Below are positions 47,601 to 60,105 of a stretch of DNA of 64,000 nucleotides, in pieces. Positions within the stretch are counted from its first letter, which is position 1; each line of letters starts with the position of its first letter. The stretch is from Podarcis liolepis (lineage: Eukaryota): NCBI GenBank assembly GCA_965112155.1, contig OZ218106.1; one strand, 5' to 3'. A program made the position numbers and the translations under genes. The notes under the pieces were generated by a model. That model had not been told where the DNA came from and ran no database searches. It worked only from the letters and a program-made list of their open reading frames with translations.

Positions 47601-50600
47601 AGGCAAAACAGCCCTTCCCATGATTTCACAGCCCTCTTTGTTGAGCACAAAAAGGAAATTCCACTTTTGGTTACTTGAAGGTTTTGCAAACAGTGGCTAA
47701 TATGTCTAGAAATGGGGTGGCAGAGGGGGAAGTACAGAACTATGGAACTACCTACATCAACTGATCAGCTGCAATAGCAGATGCAGTTCATTTTGTCCCT
47801 CAGTATGCATTCAAGCACGGACTGCGCACGCCATCGGCCACTCTACAGCTAGGAGGAGGCAGGGGCCATCTTGTCACCCCCCCCAGAGTGGCACCTGGGG
47901 TGGCCCGCCCCCTCCGCCCCCCACTTTGTACACCCCTGCCCAGGAGTTGCAGTTCATGGCCAAAGTCCAATATGTTCTAGAGTGACTGACTACATAAAAC
48001 TCTAAGGCCCCCCCAAGCATTATGGAACAGGCAGATGCACAAGCTACAGACCTCAAATAAGCTGCCACTGTTAATGTTCCAGGCAAAAGCAGCCATTAAA
48101 TAGCCTCCAATCTCAGGATGATTCAAATTATTTTCCTGCAGCCATATCTGATAGTCTATTTTTGCCTTATGCCATTTATCTAATGATAATGTGGGGAAAA
48201 GCAATTCTTATGTTAATGCATGATTCGGGGAGTCTGAATCCTCTTAACAAGATGCAGCAACCAAGCCAGACATGTCCCAAGGAATGTCTTTGCTTGGTCC
48301 TTTACACTTCACTTGAAATCAGGATACGGCACTGAGACTTGGCAAGATGTAGAAAGAATAAGCTTCCAGTGCGATTGCTGCATGGAAGAGCCCAGAAGCA
48401 TTGTAGCTTGACGTTATTTATCCAACCTGACTTGCTATGAAAATGCAGCTGAATCAAGCAGTTGACATAAAGGACACTGTTATTTATAATAACCTGTGTA
48501 GAAGAAAGTTAGTAAGAAAATCATGCAAGACTTAAGGGGAGAATATAATGTCGGGTGAGCAAAAGCAGGGCCACCGAATGATAAAGCTTTAAAGGGTGAC
48601 GTATGAAACCTGCCCCATGTAACAGATCCCTTCAACAGCATGTAAGTGAATCATTAGAGATACCCATCTGAATGCACTAATCACTGAGGGTCAAGAAACA
48701 AAGACAGCTTAACCACAAATCTGAGATGATGAAGGAAAAGAAGTGAGAACCAGGAAGAAAATTTGAACCAAGAGCAAGAGGGCAATAAATGACCAAAATT
48801 AAAAGAAGATTGATGGCGTCACAAGAAACCGTAATGTGTTCTCGAGAATTATGGCGAACTATGTGCCAAATGGAACAATTTAAGGAACAGAGAGACATAA
48901 CTGAAGTGCTACTGTCGTGCCTCGAAAGTCAAAATTTATGGGCAGCCCAAACATCAGGGAAAGATGCTCTGGTTATTATAAATCACTGCCTCTGGGCCAG
49001 CAAAGAATTGTGGATTTCAGTGAACTAAGACATGCTTAGGGTTACACCCTGAGCAAGAGCGAGCCAGTGCGATTCCACTGATGAAGCTTTACTGACTGTT
49101 TATGGTATCTTTATACTTGAGCTTTAGTATTGACACACAAAATACATTTTGCATCACTTAGTAAAGACGCATGCTTCTGTGATCTCAAAGAAAATGGGAG
49201 CCACAAGCACTCCACAGAAGGACTTGATAAACTTGTTGTATTCAAGGCAGGTTGAACAGAACAAACATAATCCAAAATAATGAATGAGTCCTAGTAAAAT
49301 GTATTTTTTGTAGGGTAGCCCACTGATACCTCTATGCACACAGAGAAGGTGTTGACATCTCAATATGTATGTAACAAAAGTCTGTAAACCAGGCTCAACC
49401 AGGTCTTGATTGTGCAAGGTTCTATTAGCAACTTGGCCACTGAAAAAACCATTCACACCTGTTTGAGAACTTTGTGCTTTCTAACCCAAAAAGGCTGGAC
49501 ACTTGAGAGCTGAATATTTCACATATTTTGCAGAGGCAAGCCCAGTTTAGACACTAACAGCACAATCCTGCACATGCCTACTCAGTAGTAAATCCCACTG
49601 GGTAATGAGGCCTATTCTCAGGTAAATAGTATTGAAAGACTTACCTGGCAGAAAGTCCCATTGAACAAAGTGTGGCTTACTCCTAAGTACACATGCCCAG
49701 GATTGTCTACTATAATCAGGAAGATACAGACAATCAGGGCTGGCTGATCATACCCATATGATAAACTTTTTCACAAAATCATGTTTGATGTATTAATATT
49801 TTACATTTTTAAGTACACACTATGATTAAAGCATCCCAGGTGGACATCTAAAAATGTAGTTCAAAGAGAATGGGGCAGAGTGCAGACACAATCTGTAGAG
49901 CAGGAGAGATGATGTCATCTGTACTTGTTGCTTGCAGGGTGAGGGGCTTTTAAGTTTATTGTTATTACCTGCTCAAATTCAAAAAGTGTGGAGACAGAGG
50001 AAGAAAAAGTCAAGCCGGAACTCAGCATAGGACAATGCATGTCTGGTTATCTTATCTATACAAATCAAGGAGAGCAAGCAGAGATTCCAGCTTAACAACA
50101 AGGCTTGGGGAAAATGAGAGTAGAGCTCTTTCCGTCTGGAACCATTTTTGCAGACACAATTATAACATTTAACAGCAAGTACAAAAAAAGACATAGAAAT
50201 AAAATAATCTCTAGAGGGAAACAAGAAAGTGAGGAAAACAAACAAACAAATCCCATATTTGCTTTTCCAGACCCTACCAGCAGAGTTTTCAGTAACTCAG
50301 CTTGGGAAAAACTGCATCTGAGATGTATGACACTTCCACAAAGCAGTTTACTGCGGACTTGGTACTGTTCATGCATAGAAGTTTTGCAGAGAGTCCACCT
50401 GCTGTCCTTTTCACAATGTCATCCCCTACTACTCTCTCATTTAATATGGAGTTACTGTTTTCACAGAAAGTCTGTTAAATAGAAAATAAGCCCATGCACC
50501 CTCCCACCCTCCCCACAGAGGCTGCGTACAAGCATAACTTTAAAGCACATTCGAATCACATCCCCCCACCCAAGAATTCTTGGCACTGTAGTTGCTAGGG

Positions 50601-50842
50601 TTGCTAAGGGTTGCTAGGAACTTGAGGGGGAAACTACAAACTACAATGCCCAGAATTCCTTGAGGGTAAGAATGTGCTTCAAATAGGTGCAGTGTGTACA
50701 CAGCTCCACCCCCCCCCCAAACACACTCATGCACAGACAGATGCATACACACAATTACACACACCAGAGAAAGAAAAGAATATGACATCATTGTAACTAC
50801 TACCTTTGCAGTTCAGATTTGACTATCTTTATGTGAAAGGTA

Positions 50843-51072
50843 GGGACGTGGGTGGCGCTGTGGGTTAAACGACAGAAAGCATGTCAAAGTGCAAGTAGAT
50901 AAATAGGTACCACTCCAGCAGGAAGGTAAACAGCGTTTCCGTGTGCTGCTCTGGTTTGCCAGAAGCGGCTTAGTCATGCTGGCCACATGACCCGGAAGCT
51001 GTACGCCGGCTCCCTTGGCCAATAAAGCGAGATGAGCGCCGCAACCCCAGAGTCGGTCCCTTTACCTTTACC
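50843..51072 (+). mobile_element. Sauria SINE (lacertid POM/Squam1 type) with two internal deletions
   Basis: Head GGGACGTGGGTGGCGCTGTGGGTTAAAC, body AAGTGCAAGTAGATAAATAGGTACC...CATGCTGGCCACATGACCCGGAAG, tail (CCTTTA)n. 13-bp TSD TATGTGAAAGGTA at 50830-50842 and 51073-51085. Confidence 0.93.
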
Positions 51073-51452
51073 TATGTGAAAGGTAAGTCCCAAAGAAACA
51101 CATTTAGGCCACCAGCTTTGTGGGGGGGGGGTTGGAGGGTAAGAATGTATTTATGGGGATGATGACTGTGGGGGCATCAGGCCCCTGCAGAGCTTGTTTG
51201 GGGCTGGAGTTGGGAGTCTGATTACATATAAATTCGAACAAAAAGGCAGCTGGTCCCTGGTGGGGCCCCACAACCAGCTTAACCCTTCAAGGCCTGGGGC
51301 AAGAGTACCTGTCTAACCTCTCTACTCTGCACAGGCTGGGGGGTGGGTGGCTGTTTTAAGTGGTTCTTTTAGAAGTAATAAAATAAAATGTTGATACTCA
51401 TATCTTGATAAAAGTCCAATGAGTGAAAGTACACAATGAATGCCATTGGCAG

Positions 51453-51512
51453 GGAAGGAAGGAAGGAAGGAAGGAAGGAAGGAAGGAAGGAAGGAAGGAA
51501 GGAAGGAAGGAA
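51453..51512. repeat. (GGAA)15 microsatellite
   Basis: Read directly. Confidence 0.97.
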
Positions 51513-52775
51513 GGAGTCCCTTCTGGTGAGTTCCGCTCACCATCATGAGAAACTCGCACACTTCAAAATTTACCCCGGCACCAATGAAAGAAGTAACATG
51601 AGCATTGGCACCCCCAACGTCCTGTAGGAATCTAGTTCAACCGTGTCAGGCTATCACTTCAAAATAGTTTTCAGTATCATGTTTATCTTTTGAATTATGT
51701 AAGCATTCATTCTGCACTGTGCTTGTTTCTGGGCAATACCTCTCTCGACCTGCTCTGACTGTAATACTTCTATAGAGTATATAGGGTTTGTTACTGAATA
51801 TTATTGATACTGGATATAGTTTGATTGTACAGTTTAATTAAAAAACTGATTCCCTTTCTAGAATGTGATTTCCCCCCTCCACCTCTTGTTCACAAAGGTA
51901 AGCTTTCAATAACTCACCTTTGAACTGAAGAATGAGGGCAGCCCACATAGGAATCACTTGCACAATTAAAAGCAAAGATTGCTGATGGAAATGCATTGTG
52001 TTCTAAGTAAGATGCTATTCAGCACAAGGCTCAAGGTCTTCCATTTACAGTAGTAAGTGTTTATTTAGAAGGTGATATTTTATTTTATTTTATTTATTTT
52101 GCCTCACACTTCTGGAACTTCGTATCTGGCCAATTTCCCATCACTGTTATTCTCTAACCATTTGTTTATCCTTGATCCATCACATGGAGATTACAGAACT
52201 CAACAGCCTTAGGTCCCTCTTGTGTATTAAAATGTGCAGGCTACAAATGCTGTTTTTTAAATAAAAATATATATTTATATTTGTTATTTATTTGATTTAT
52301 ATATTGCCTTTCATCTAAAGACCCCAGGGCAGCTTGCTAGAGATAAATTACTTTTTAAAGGATCTTAAATCCAGCACAGAAACGGGAATCCCAATGTTAT
52401 TCACCAATCAAATTATTTATCAAAACAATTATTTCACTTGCCATTCCTTTTCTGCTTAACAAAGCATATTTGGGTGATGGTCTGACTCAATAATGTGTTC
52501 TTTAGTTCTATTTGGTTTTTTAAAAGTGGTATCATGTGTTGTTGAATTATCATTTTTATTTACTGTATTTATGTTTTAGCTTGCAGTTTTTAAGTTCTGA
52601 ATTTTGTACTATTTTTGATGTGTTTGTTTTGATTGTATAGGGATAAATCAGGAAGAAAAGAGGTAGATGCAAGGAAGGGGAGCAAATGACAGATGTGATT
52701 AAATGAAGTTCTGCACATGACAGACCCCTCACTTCAGCTGAGGGTCAAGAGGACTAAAGGTTTAAAATGTGTGTT

Positions 52776-52913
52776 TAGAATCACAGAGTTGGAAGGGACC
52801 CCGAGGGTCATCTAGTCCAACCCCCTGCAATGAAGGAATCTTTTGCCCAATGTGGGGCTTGAACCCACAAACTAGAGATTAAGAGACTCATGCTCTACTG
52901 ACCGAGCTATCCC
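52776..52913 (-). mobile_element. tRNA-Lys(CTT)-derived SINE with CR1-like 3' tail
   Basis: Minus-strand head GGGATAGCTCGGTCAGTAGAGCATGAGTCTCTTAATCTC...GTGGGTTCAAGCCCCACATTGGGC. Tail GGGTTGGACTAGATGACCCTCGGGGTCCCTTCCAACTCTGTGATTCTA. Confidence 0.85.
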
Positions 52914-53712
52914 AAAAGGATAAGGAAGGAAGGAAGGAAGGAAGGAGGATCTATCACCATAAAATGTGTTTTGCAGTCACATTCTATCCACAAGGAGCAG
53001 CAAGAGAGAATGGTTTGATTCACTGAAGGCTAAACTTTGGCTAAACTTTTCCAGTCCAATTTAACTCTTACTCAAAACAACCATTTTTGAAAATGCTAAC
53101 AAATAAATGGATGCCATGATATATACTTGTAGCAGATGCAAAGTTATGCATAACTATTTTTTTTGCATTCTGCACTGCAGACGGGAGTCAAAAACTGTAA
53201 CCACTTCTATAGCAAACTTACACCAACATAAAACTGGGAACAACACTCAGGTCTTGAATATGTGCATCCACAGACAGATTTATAGTTAAGCATTTATAAG
53301 TACCTTGCCAGTTGACAATTATATACAAACATGCCTTCATATGCATACATTTATAAAAAAGATTTATCTGTTTATATAGCCACCGAACTGGGGATGCAAT
53401 CAGAGAACTGTAAATAGTCTTTGCCAAGCCGGAGATGATCAACACACACAGGAACTGTTAACTCCTCTGAATGTGATGATTGTGAACTTTAAGCTCCCTG
53501 GCATCCGAGATGCCTTTTGTCTGAATTACTAGCACAGCTCTGTCTTACCTAGCCATGCTGCAGTCTTAACCATACTTCAGGAGTTTTGTTTGGGTTAATA
53601 ACATCTGCAGCGTTGCTCTATCAGAACGCCTCACATACCATTGGTGGCTAATCAAAGGCTACCATCAGACCAATATAAATCTCAGAGAACAAATTCTTCA
53701 CCCTTTTGCATA

Positions 53713-53894
53713 CAGCCGTACCTCCGATTACATATCCCTCTGAGTATGTAAACTTCGGGGTACATAAGCGGCAAACCCGGAAGTATATTTCCAAGATTTT
53801 GCTGCACGCGCATGCACAGAAGCGGTCTCTCCGGTTGCGAAAACATCGGCCAGACCTCCAGAACGGATCCTGTCCGCAACCGGAGGTACCACTC
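53713..53894. mobile_element. Tc1/mariner (Tigger-like) MITE
   Basis: TA|CAGCCGTACCTCCG...CGGAGGTACCACTC|TA, so a TA TSD. Confidence 0.8.
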
Positions 53895-55324
53895 TATTTT
53901 GTGTTACAATAGATTGAAAAGCTACAAAACTAAGGCAAAGGGTTTAACAAAGGGGCTTGGTGAAAGCAAACCTTGGAGCATTTGTGCTAGCATAAGAGGT
54001 CCAGTTCTCTTATGTTTTCTTATTGCAAAAGAGCCTGTGCAGGAGAGATCCAACTGAACGCTGAAATTTTAATAAAGCAAAGGAAAGCAACACCCCCTCT
54101 TGTTAAACAGCACCAAGTGACACAACCTGGTTCCCCTTGCATAATTCAGAGCACAATATTTAGCTCTGGAAAATTCAATCACTGGAATGACTGGTGGCAC
54201 TTAGAGGACCTAAAAAAATAACCAGGGCACCTTGGAAAAAAGATCAGAAATGTTTGCAAAATGCAAACAGAAACGCCATCTCTGTTTTCTCTCCCTGGTT
54301 TGAGCCAAGGAAAGGGAGAAGAAAACACAGATATGAGGATCTTGGGCTAGGCTGGGAATGCGAGGTAGACCTTGAGAAGTTGGAAGGGAGCCATGTGACT
54401 CCTGCAGCAAAATACTGCTGTGAAAGTGATAGGGAAGTGTGGGTTCCCCCACAACAGGAGTGCTATCTTGAGTCTGCACAATAGCACAGTTGTCAAAACG
54501 GTGCAGATGTTGCAGAGAAACACTGTGTATCAAGGCTTTTTCAAAGACTTTCCAAGGTAGCTTCCAGTTAAAAACCATCGCAGTATGGCACTGCAAAAGC
54601 ATTCTGGACAAGAGGCATATGTCTCTCCCCCTCCAACATCCCCTGTACTGTTTTGTCTGAGGGCAAAAGGCACACAAGCAAGGCCCTTCTGCAGTCATAA
54701 GCACAGGACTTGGCTTACACCGGCTGGATACCTGCACAATTGAGAGCGAGAGACTCGTGCGCCTCTTCCACAACACTGTCTGTCTATCTATGTAAGATTT
54801 ATTACATGTCCTTCACTACAAGGTTCCAGGGCAGGTTATACCAATATAATAAGATACATGCAGGTCCCATTTGCAAAATGCTGCTTGTGCGAAAATTCAC
54901 TTATCTTAACATAGTACCCAAACCTCGATACACACACTGCAGATTCTGAACAACTTGCATTTGCCCACTTCCTTACTTCTTTATGCTTTGCTGGCTGGTG
55001 GTGGCCATTTGGGGGCAGAAACCATGCAGGGAGAGAAATCAGACAAGTCAGGTTGTTTTTTTTTGCTGGTTGGCTGCAGCCACTATGGAGGAAGTGGGAG
55101 GAGATTGGACAAATCACATTCTCATAGGAAATAATGGAAATTGTCAGCTTCTTATGCGACCACTTGCCTAATGAACAAATTCCAGGGAATGCATCGTGTT
55201 CAAAAAGCGGAGCTGTGTGTGCAATTATAAAAACAAGTAAAATTGTTCCAAACGAAACAGAACAGTACAGAGTGAAACAAAAGAAGTTGGGTCCCACAAA
55301 ATACCTTAGCTGTTAAGTCACGGT

Positions 55325-55470
55325 AAAGACTTGCATCTTCAGTGCACTGTGGAAACACCTGTGTTGGAAGGAAGTTCCACAACCTAGGGGCCACCACAGA
55401 GAAAGCCCTTTTCTGGGCCACCATACCCTGCACAGCCAAGGATAGTGGAATTACCAAGAGGCTCACTCTG
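55325..55470 (-). mobile_element. L2-type LINE ORF2 C-terminal fragment
   Basis: Minus-strand translation KRAFSVVAPRLWNFLP (ORF 55200..55517). Confidence 0.7.
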
Positions 55471-56639
55471 CCAACCTGAGAGGGTTGGAGTGTCACCTCA
55501 ACTAAGCACACGAACAAGTTAGTTGGTGGAGTCGCTTATGCAAGTCCCCCTTCATACCTGACATAATGGGAACAACAGAGAGTTGTTATTTGGAGGACAA
55601 AGACTGTAAATCTATACAGCAGCATGTACAAAGTGCTAAATAACAATGCTACAGGTTTATGTGGCACAACAGTAATCAAGTCAATAAAGACAATTATATG
55701 TTGGCCTGTCATCCAGAGTAAAACGCTTTTGGCATGTAGTTCTTGAATTCTCTCCCCCCCCCCCCCTTGTGTCCTCTCATTGGAGAAATGTCACTCTCAG
55801 ATCTCGGTTACAAGAATGCATCTGTTTCCTTTAAAAGAAGGAAATGGAAAGAAACAAGAAAAAACAAAAACAGAACAGATCTCAATTCCTCAAATAGCTA
55901 GAAACCCCACAATTGCACCTGCATTTTTCCATAAAAAAATTTAACTGTAAAAATCACACTGTTCCCCCCCCCCTAAAAAACCTCGGCTATAGTATTTAAA
56001 AACAACTACAGCAAAGCAGCTCTCATATGCCAATCCCTTGCATTCAAAATGTCTTTTCTAAGTGATTATGTGCAGCAAAGCCATCCATATTTCTGCTAGA
56101 ACAAAATAAAAATAAAAATCTGCATGACCTGCCAGTTAGGCCAATTGGTGACAAGGTGTCTGGTTTTTAAATCCAAAGCTATTTTGACATTGTCAGAGCT
56201 TCCAAGACAACAGAGAAAGTCCCACAGTTCAGTGAGTTAACCTGATCAAAGGCACACACCCCACCAAGCGCTGCTAAAGTGAGTGCAACCTCTTTTCCTT
56301 TCAGTAGGGCCCATGTCAGTACTCTGCACAGCCCAACTTGGAAGGTATGGGTGTTGCACAACTATGATACTTCATGGAGTGTACCCTCCAGGCGCAATTT
56401 CAAGCACAAGCCAAATTAGATGTTTTAGTTAGCACAGAAGTCATGATTGTGCAGAAAGATTACCCTGCTTTGGCATGCCCTGCTTGGCCGGCAAAGTATT
56501 TTTCACCAAGAGCAAGCTAACACGTGGGCAACTTAATGCTAATCAGGCCTTCAGCTATTGCAGTACAAGCCTCTGCTCTGAAACATACTAGAGAAGCATG
56601 CTATGGGAGGCAAAGGAGACAGCTCTACATGCGTACATG

Positions 56640-56641
<2 letters not shown>

Positions 56642-56682
<41 letters not shown>
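56642..56682. repeat. (TG)20 microsatellite
   Basis: Read directly. Confidence 0.97.
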
Positions 56683-56685
<3 letters not shown>

Positions 56686-57642
56686 CGTTTACCCACCCAC
56701 TTGCCTTCTTGAGACCCTTAAACTCACTTCTACAGCTTGCTCCCACTTAATCCCATCTTCACCCGACAAAGCCTCTAATACAGTGCTCTTATGCCACTAT
56801 AGGACCATTTCTCCAATGAAGCAGCACCAACGGCAGCTTCCTTTAAATAGGTAGGGAAGAGATGAAATGAGGCAGCTACCATCCAGCACTGCAATAATAG
56901 AATTAAGTGCATTCTTTTCCCCAGGAAGTCTGCACTCAAGCCTACACTCTGTTACCAATGCAGGGCCAAAATGAAGACCTAGCTCTTAGGGACAGTGCTG
57001 ACAGCACTTGCTACCTAAAATATCTAGGCTAGTCCAAGGGAAAATTAGACATTTAAAATGGTACAACATCTTTAGTTTGCATTTTTATATGCTAACTTTT
57101 CAGTGCATGGCAGACTCTTCCCTGGGATTTAGAGTAACCTAACCAAGTTGGCAGATCCCACTCTAAGCCCTGTTCATGTAACAATAAACATGTCAGAACC
57201 AGCTAAGAACTTGAGCTAAGGCAATGTAAGCCATTTTCCATATTTCCTAATGTCTGGATCTTTCTTGGTTCATTTTCATTATCTTCTCAAGAGGGAGGGA
57301 TATATAGAATAATGGGAAGCAAGACACAGGACAAGACGGCGGAAATACTACCTAAAGATTTCCAGGGAGATGTATACTGAAGCTTAGGAGCTGCTCCAAA
57401 ATCTTATCCTGAGACAGATGGCTTGGAGTGTCATAGACAAGTACCAGAAGAGGGAGGAGTTTCTAATTCAATGAATGAAAATAATAAGAAAAGGATCCAA
57501 TGATATCTTAACTTAGGAATGAAAGAGGATTTCCCGTAAGAGGCACATTCGTGAATGCAAGAGAGCCCCCAAGGCCCCATAATGATGAGCTAGTGAAGCA
57601 AAACACCACAGTAGTAACCTCAAATTGGAGGAGAAGGTTTCA

Positions 57643-57723
57643 TTCTTCTATGGTCATGTAAACAGCATGCTATTGGTGACTACCTTCTTCTATGGTCATG
57701 TAAACAGCAAGGCAGTGACTACC
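57643..57723. repeat. Local tandem duplication, 42-bp period
   Basis: TTCTTCTATGGTCATGTAAACAGCA is exact at 57643 and 57685, each followed by a variable linker and GTGACTACC. Confidence 0.9.
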
Positions 57724-58387
57724 AGCAAAACGTAGCAGGACATCTCTACAAGCATGAGAGAGAATCAACAGTTGTGGAGAAGCAAATGAGAAGCTTTGAT
57801 ACAATTAAGGTCCTTGTTGCTCACAGTCGTGATTATTTAGATGTGGTGGTAGTATGTGGAGTGATGTACAGTTTAGATAGCAGCTGTCTTGCACAAAACC
57901 AGAAGGATAGGGAGCCAGTGCCAGCCCTGCCATTAGGCAGCGTGAGGCAGCTGCCTCAGACAGGAAATGCTGGCAGTAGGGAGTAGGGGTGAGGTGTTCA
58001 GAGGACAGAACTGTGTGTGCCACATGGCCTGCCCTAAGCCATTTAAATGAGCCTGCTGTCATTCCGTGTGATGGAGGACGCTGCCCTATTGCCAGCATTG
58101 AAGTAAAATTCAGTTGCTATTTTGCTTGGCTCCCTTATAAAGCAATTGGGAGGGGGAGTCAACTTGTATTTAATAAAACGTCTGATAAAAACCAACCCCT
58201 TTTCAATAATGCAGTTCCAGCTGTGTAAGTGACACCAAAAGTCAGAATGTGGGTGAACAGGGACAGGCAGGGAACCAGTGCAAAATGGAGTAACTTGTTA
58301 ATAAGCACAACAGAGTCATATTTCCACCTTCGAAAGTGTTGTGTTGATGGAACCTTGCCCATCATCTGATGATTAGGATATACTGAT

Positions 58388-58715
58388 ATGCAGCCTTATG
58401 TCAAACTACTGGTCCAGCTAAGCCCAAGTACTATGTACACCAGGGATTCCCAGTCTACTGCCCTCCAGTTATTGCTAGACTGTAATTCCCATTACCTGAT
58501 CATAGGCCAGTTGTAGTTCAACAACTTCTGGAAGGCACCACATAGGCTGCCCTTAGACTACAACTTTGCTGACAGGAGTGGTAATCCAAAAGGGCACCAA
58601 GTTGGAGAAGGACTACTTTGGTATATCCGCATCTCTCCAGGGTTCCAGGAAAGGGGCCCTTCTATGCCCATGATCTAGAATCCTTTAATTGCAGGTGCCA
58701 GAAACAGAACCTGGC
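58388..58715 (-). mobile_element. Diverged Squam3-like SINE interrupted by palindromic MITE sequence (about 58441-58612)
   Basis: GCAGCCTTAT...TGGTCCAGCTAAGCCC on the left and CTCTCCAGGGTTCCAGG...GAACCTGG on the right flank MITE-family sequence. Confidence 0.5.
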
Positions 58716-59151
58716 ATTTATTTGAATGCAATTTTGACAAACCTTCTCTATTGTTCAAAACTGTGGATATTATGCATCCATAATTTTATTATGATGTTTA
58801 ACAGCACACACGTATATCACTACGTTTTTGTCGCCAAATGAGGACTTCTGAATATGATTTTTTTATTTGTCTCAGTCTTTCCTTGTATGCAGTGCAGGAA
58901 GCAATATGTGCATATTTTCAAAACGTTATTTAACTGTAGAACAGAAAGCAAAGCACTTAAGCTTCACATTTAAAAAGAAAACCCTGATGTTTAAAAGTGG
59001 ACTGTCATCAGGGCACTTAACGCTGACCTTCCTGTGTCCACACCTACTGCACTCACTGTTTTCAAGAGATCACTTATCCAAGCTACTGTTCACTGTAGCA
59101 ATCTGGACTTTTGGGAAAGTATTCAAGCATCAACCTAATGCAATCCTCCTG

Positions 59152-59154
<3 letters not shown>

Positions 59155-59187
<33 letters not shown>
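59155..59187. repeat. (GT)n microsatellite
   Basis: Read directly. Confidence 0.95.
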
Positions 59188-59190
<3 letters not shown>

Positions 59191-59225
59191 TAAAACTTCG
59201 TATCTACAAATAAACTACTCATTTT

Positions 59226-60105
59226 CACTTTTTTTTATCTAAAGAGTATTTATTTTATTCTTCATTGCTTCCAAGAAATAACACTGGGGGGAAACCCAGA
59301 GAGGGGTACATACAGCGACTGTGGTAAAGCAGAAGTGAATACCGTGAATGAGGAACAAAAGTAGAACTGTCTAAGGTCCCCAGATGTTGTTGGACTACAA
59401 CTCCCATCATCCCTGAGCTCTGGCCTTGCTACCTAGAGGTGATGGGAGTTGTAGTCCAACAACATCTGGGGACCCACAGGTTGAGAAAGGCTGGTCTAAG
59501 CAACGACAATTAAACTAAAATACCAGCAGAAGGCATATCCTTACTTCTTTGAGTTTTAAACTGAGAAATCCCCTTGGAATTCTAACAGATTTTGTCTCAA
59601 ATACAGACTAACAAGAATGAAGAGGAAGACTACAATACAACAACTTTCACTACAGAACGCTGTACACACCTTCCCTCAAAACCCCCTTAAACCATGGTGT
59701 CTTATTTGCTTGCTTGCTGAGCTTGCCTATGGAGAGGGACATAAGATATTTTCCTTTATCCAGTCTCTATTGTATGTCTGGTATGTCTAAGTATCAGCAC
59801 AATAAACAAGGCAGCTGAGGTGAGCCAAGTCATCAATGAAATCAAATTACTGGCTAATATATGTAATAATTGAAGGCTTGTTAGGATTCATTCTCTTCAG
59901 GTGCTCTTCATATATTTTACAGGCACCTTCCATGCATTCATTCACAGACTCATAATCAGCCTAAGTCCTGCCTTCTGGTCGTTTGGTAGTTGAACAAGCA
60001 AAATTGTGTGAGACACGGCGACTCGTTCCGTTCAGCTCAGGAGCGAAGCACAAAATTCAACGACTTCTCTACCACAATTCACCGCGACCATCAGAAAGCA
60101 CTACT
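59226..60105 (-). pseudogene. ERH: Processed (retro)pseudogene of enhancer of rudimentary homolog; CDS remnant 60016 to 59702
   Basis: Manual minus-strand translation: (V)[99 protein letters not shown], matching the 104-aa ERH protein end to end. ATG changed to GTG, 2 frameshifts, 3 internal stops, no introns. 3' UTR has GGTGTGTACAGCGTTCTGTAGTG, AATAAA (59249-59254) and an A8 tail (59229-59236). 16-bp TSD at 59210-59225 and 60106-60121. Confidence 0.97.
59376..59493. mobile_element. Palindromic hAT-type MITE inserted in the ERH retrocopy 3' UTR
   Basis: Perfect 31-bp arms GTCCCCAGATGTTGTTGGACTACAACTCCCATC / GATGGGAGTTGTAGTCCAACAACATCTGGGGAC. Right TIR GGTTGAGAAAGGCTG. Flanking duplication GTCTAAG at 59369-59375 and 59494-59500. 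Left TIR lost. Confidence 0.85.

Noticed and set aside
52840-52913. Functional tRNA-Lys gene (and tRNA-Ile at about 32275-32345)
   Set aside because: Stems are mutated, the sequence is fused to a CR1-like tail and there is no terminator, so these are SINE heads.
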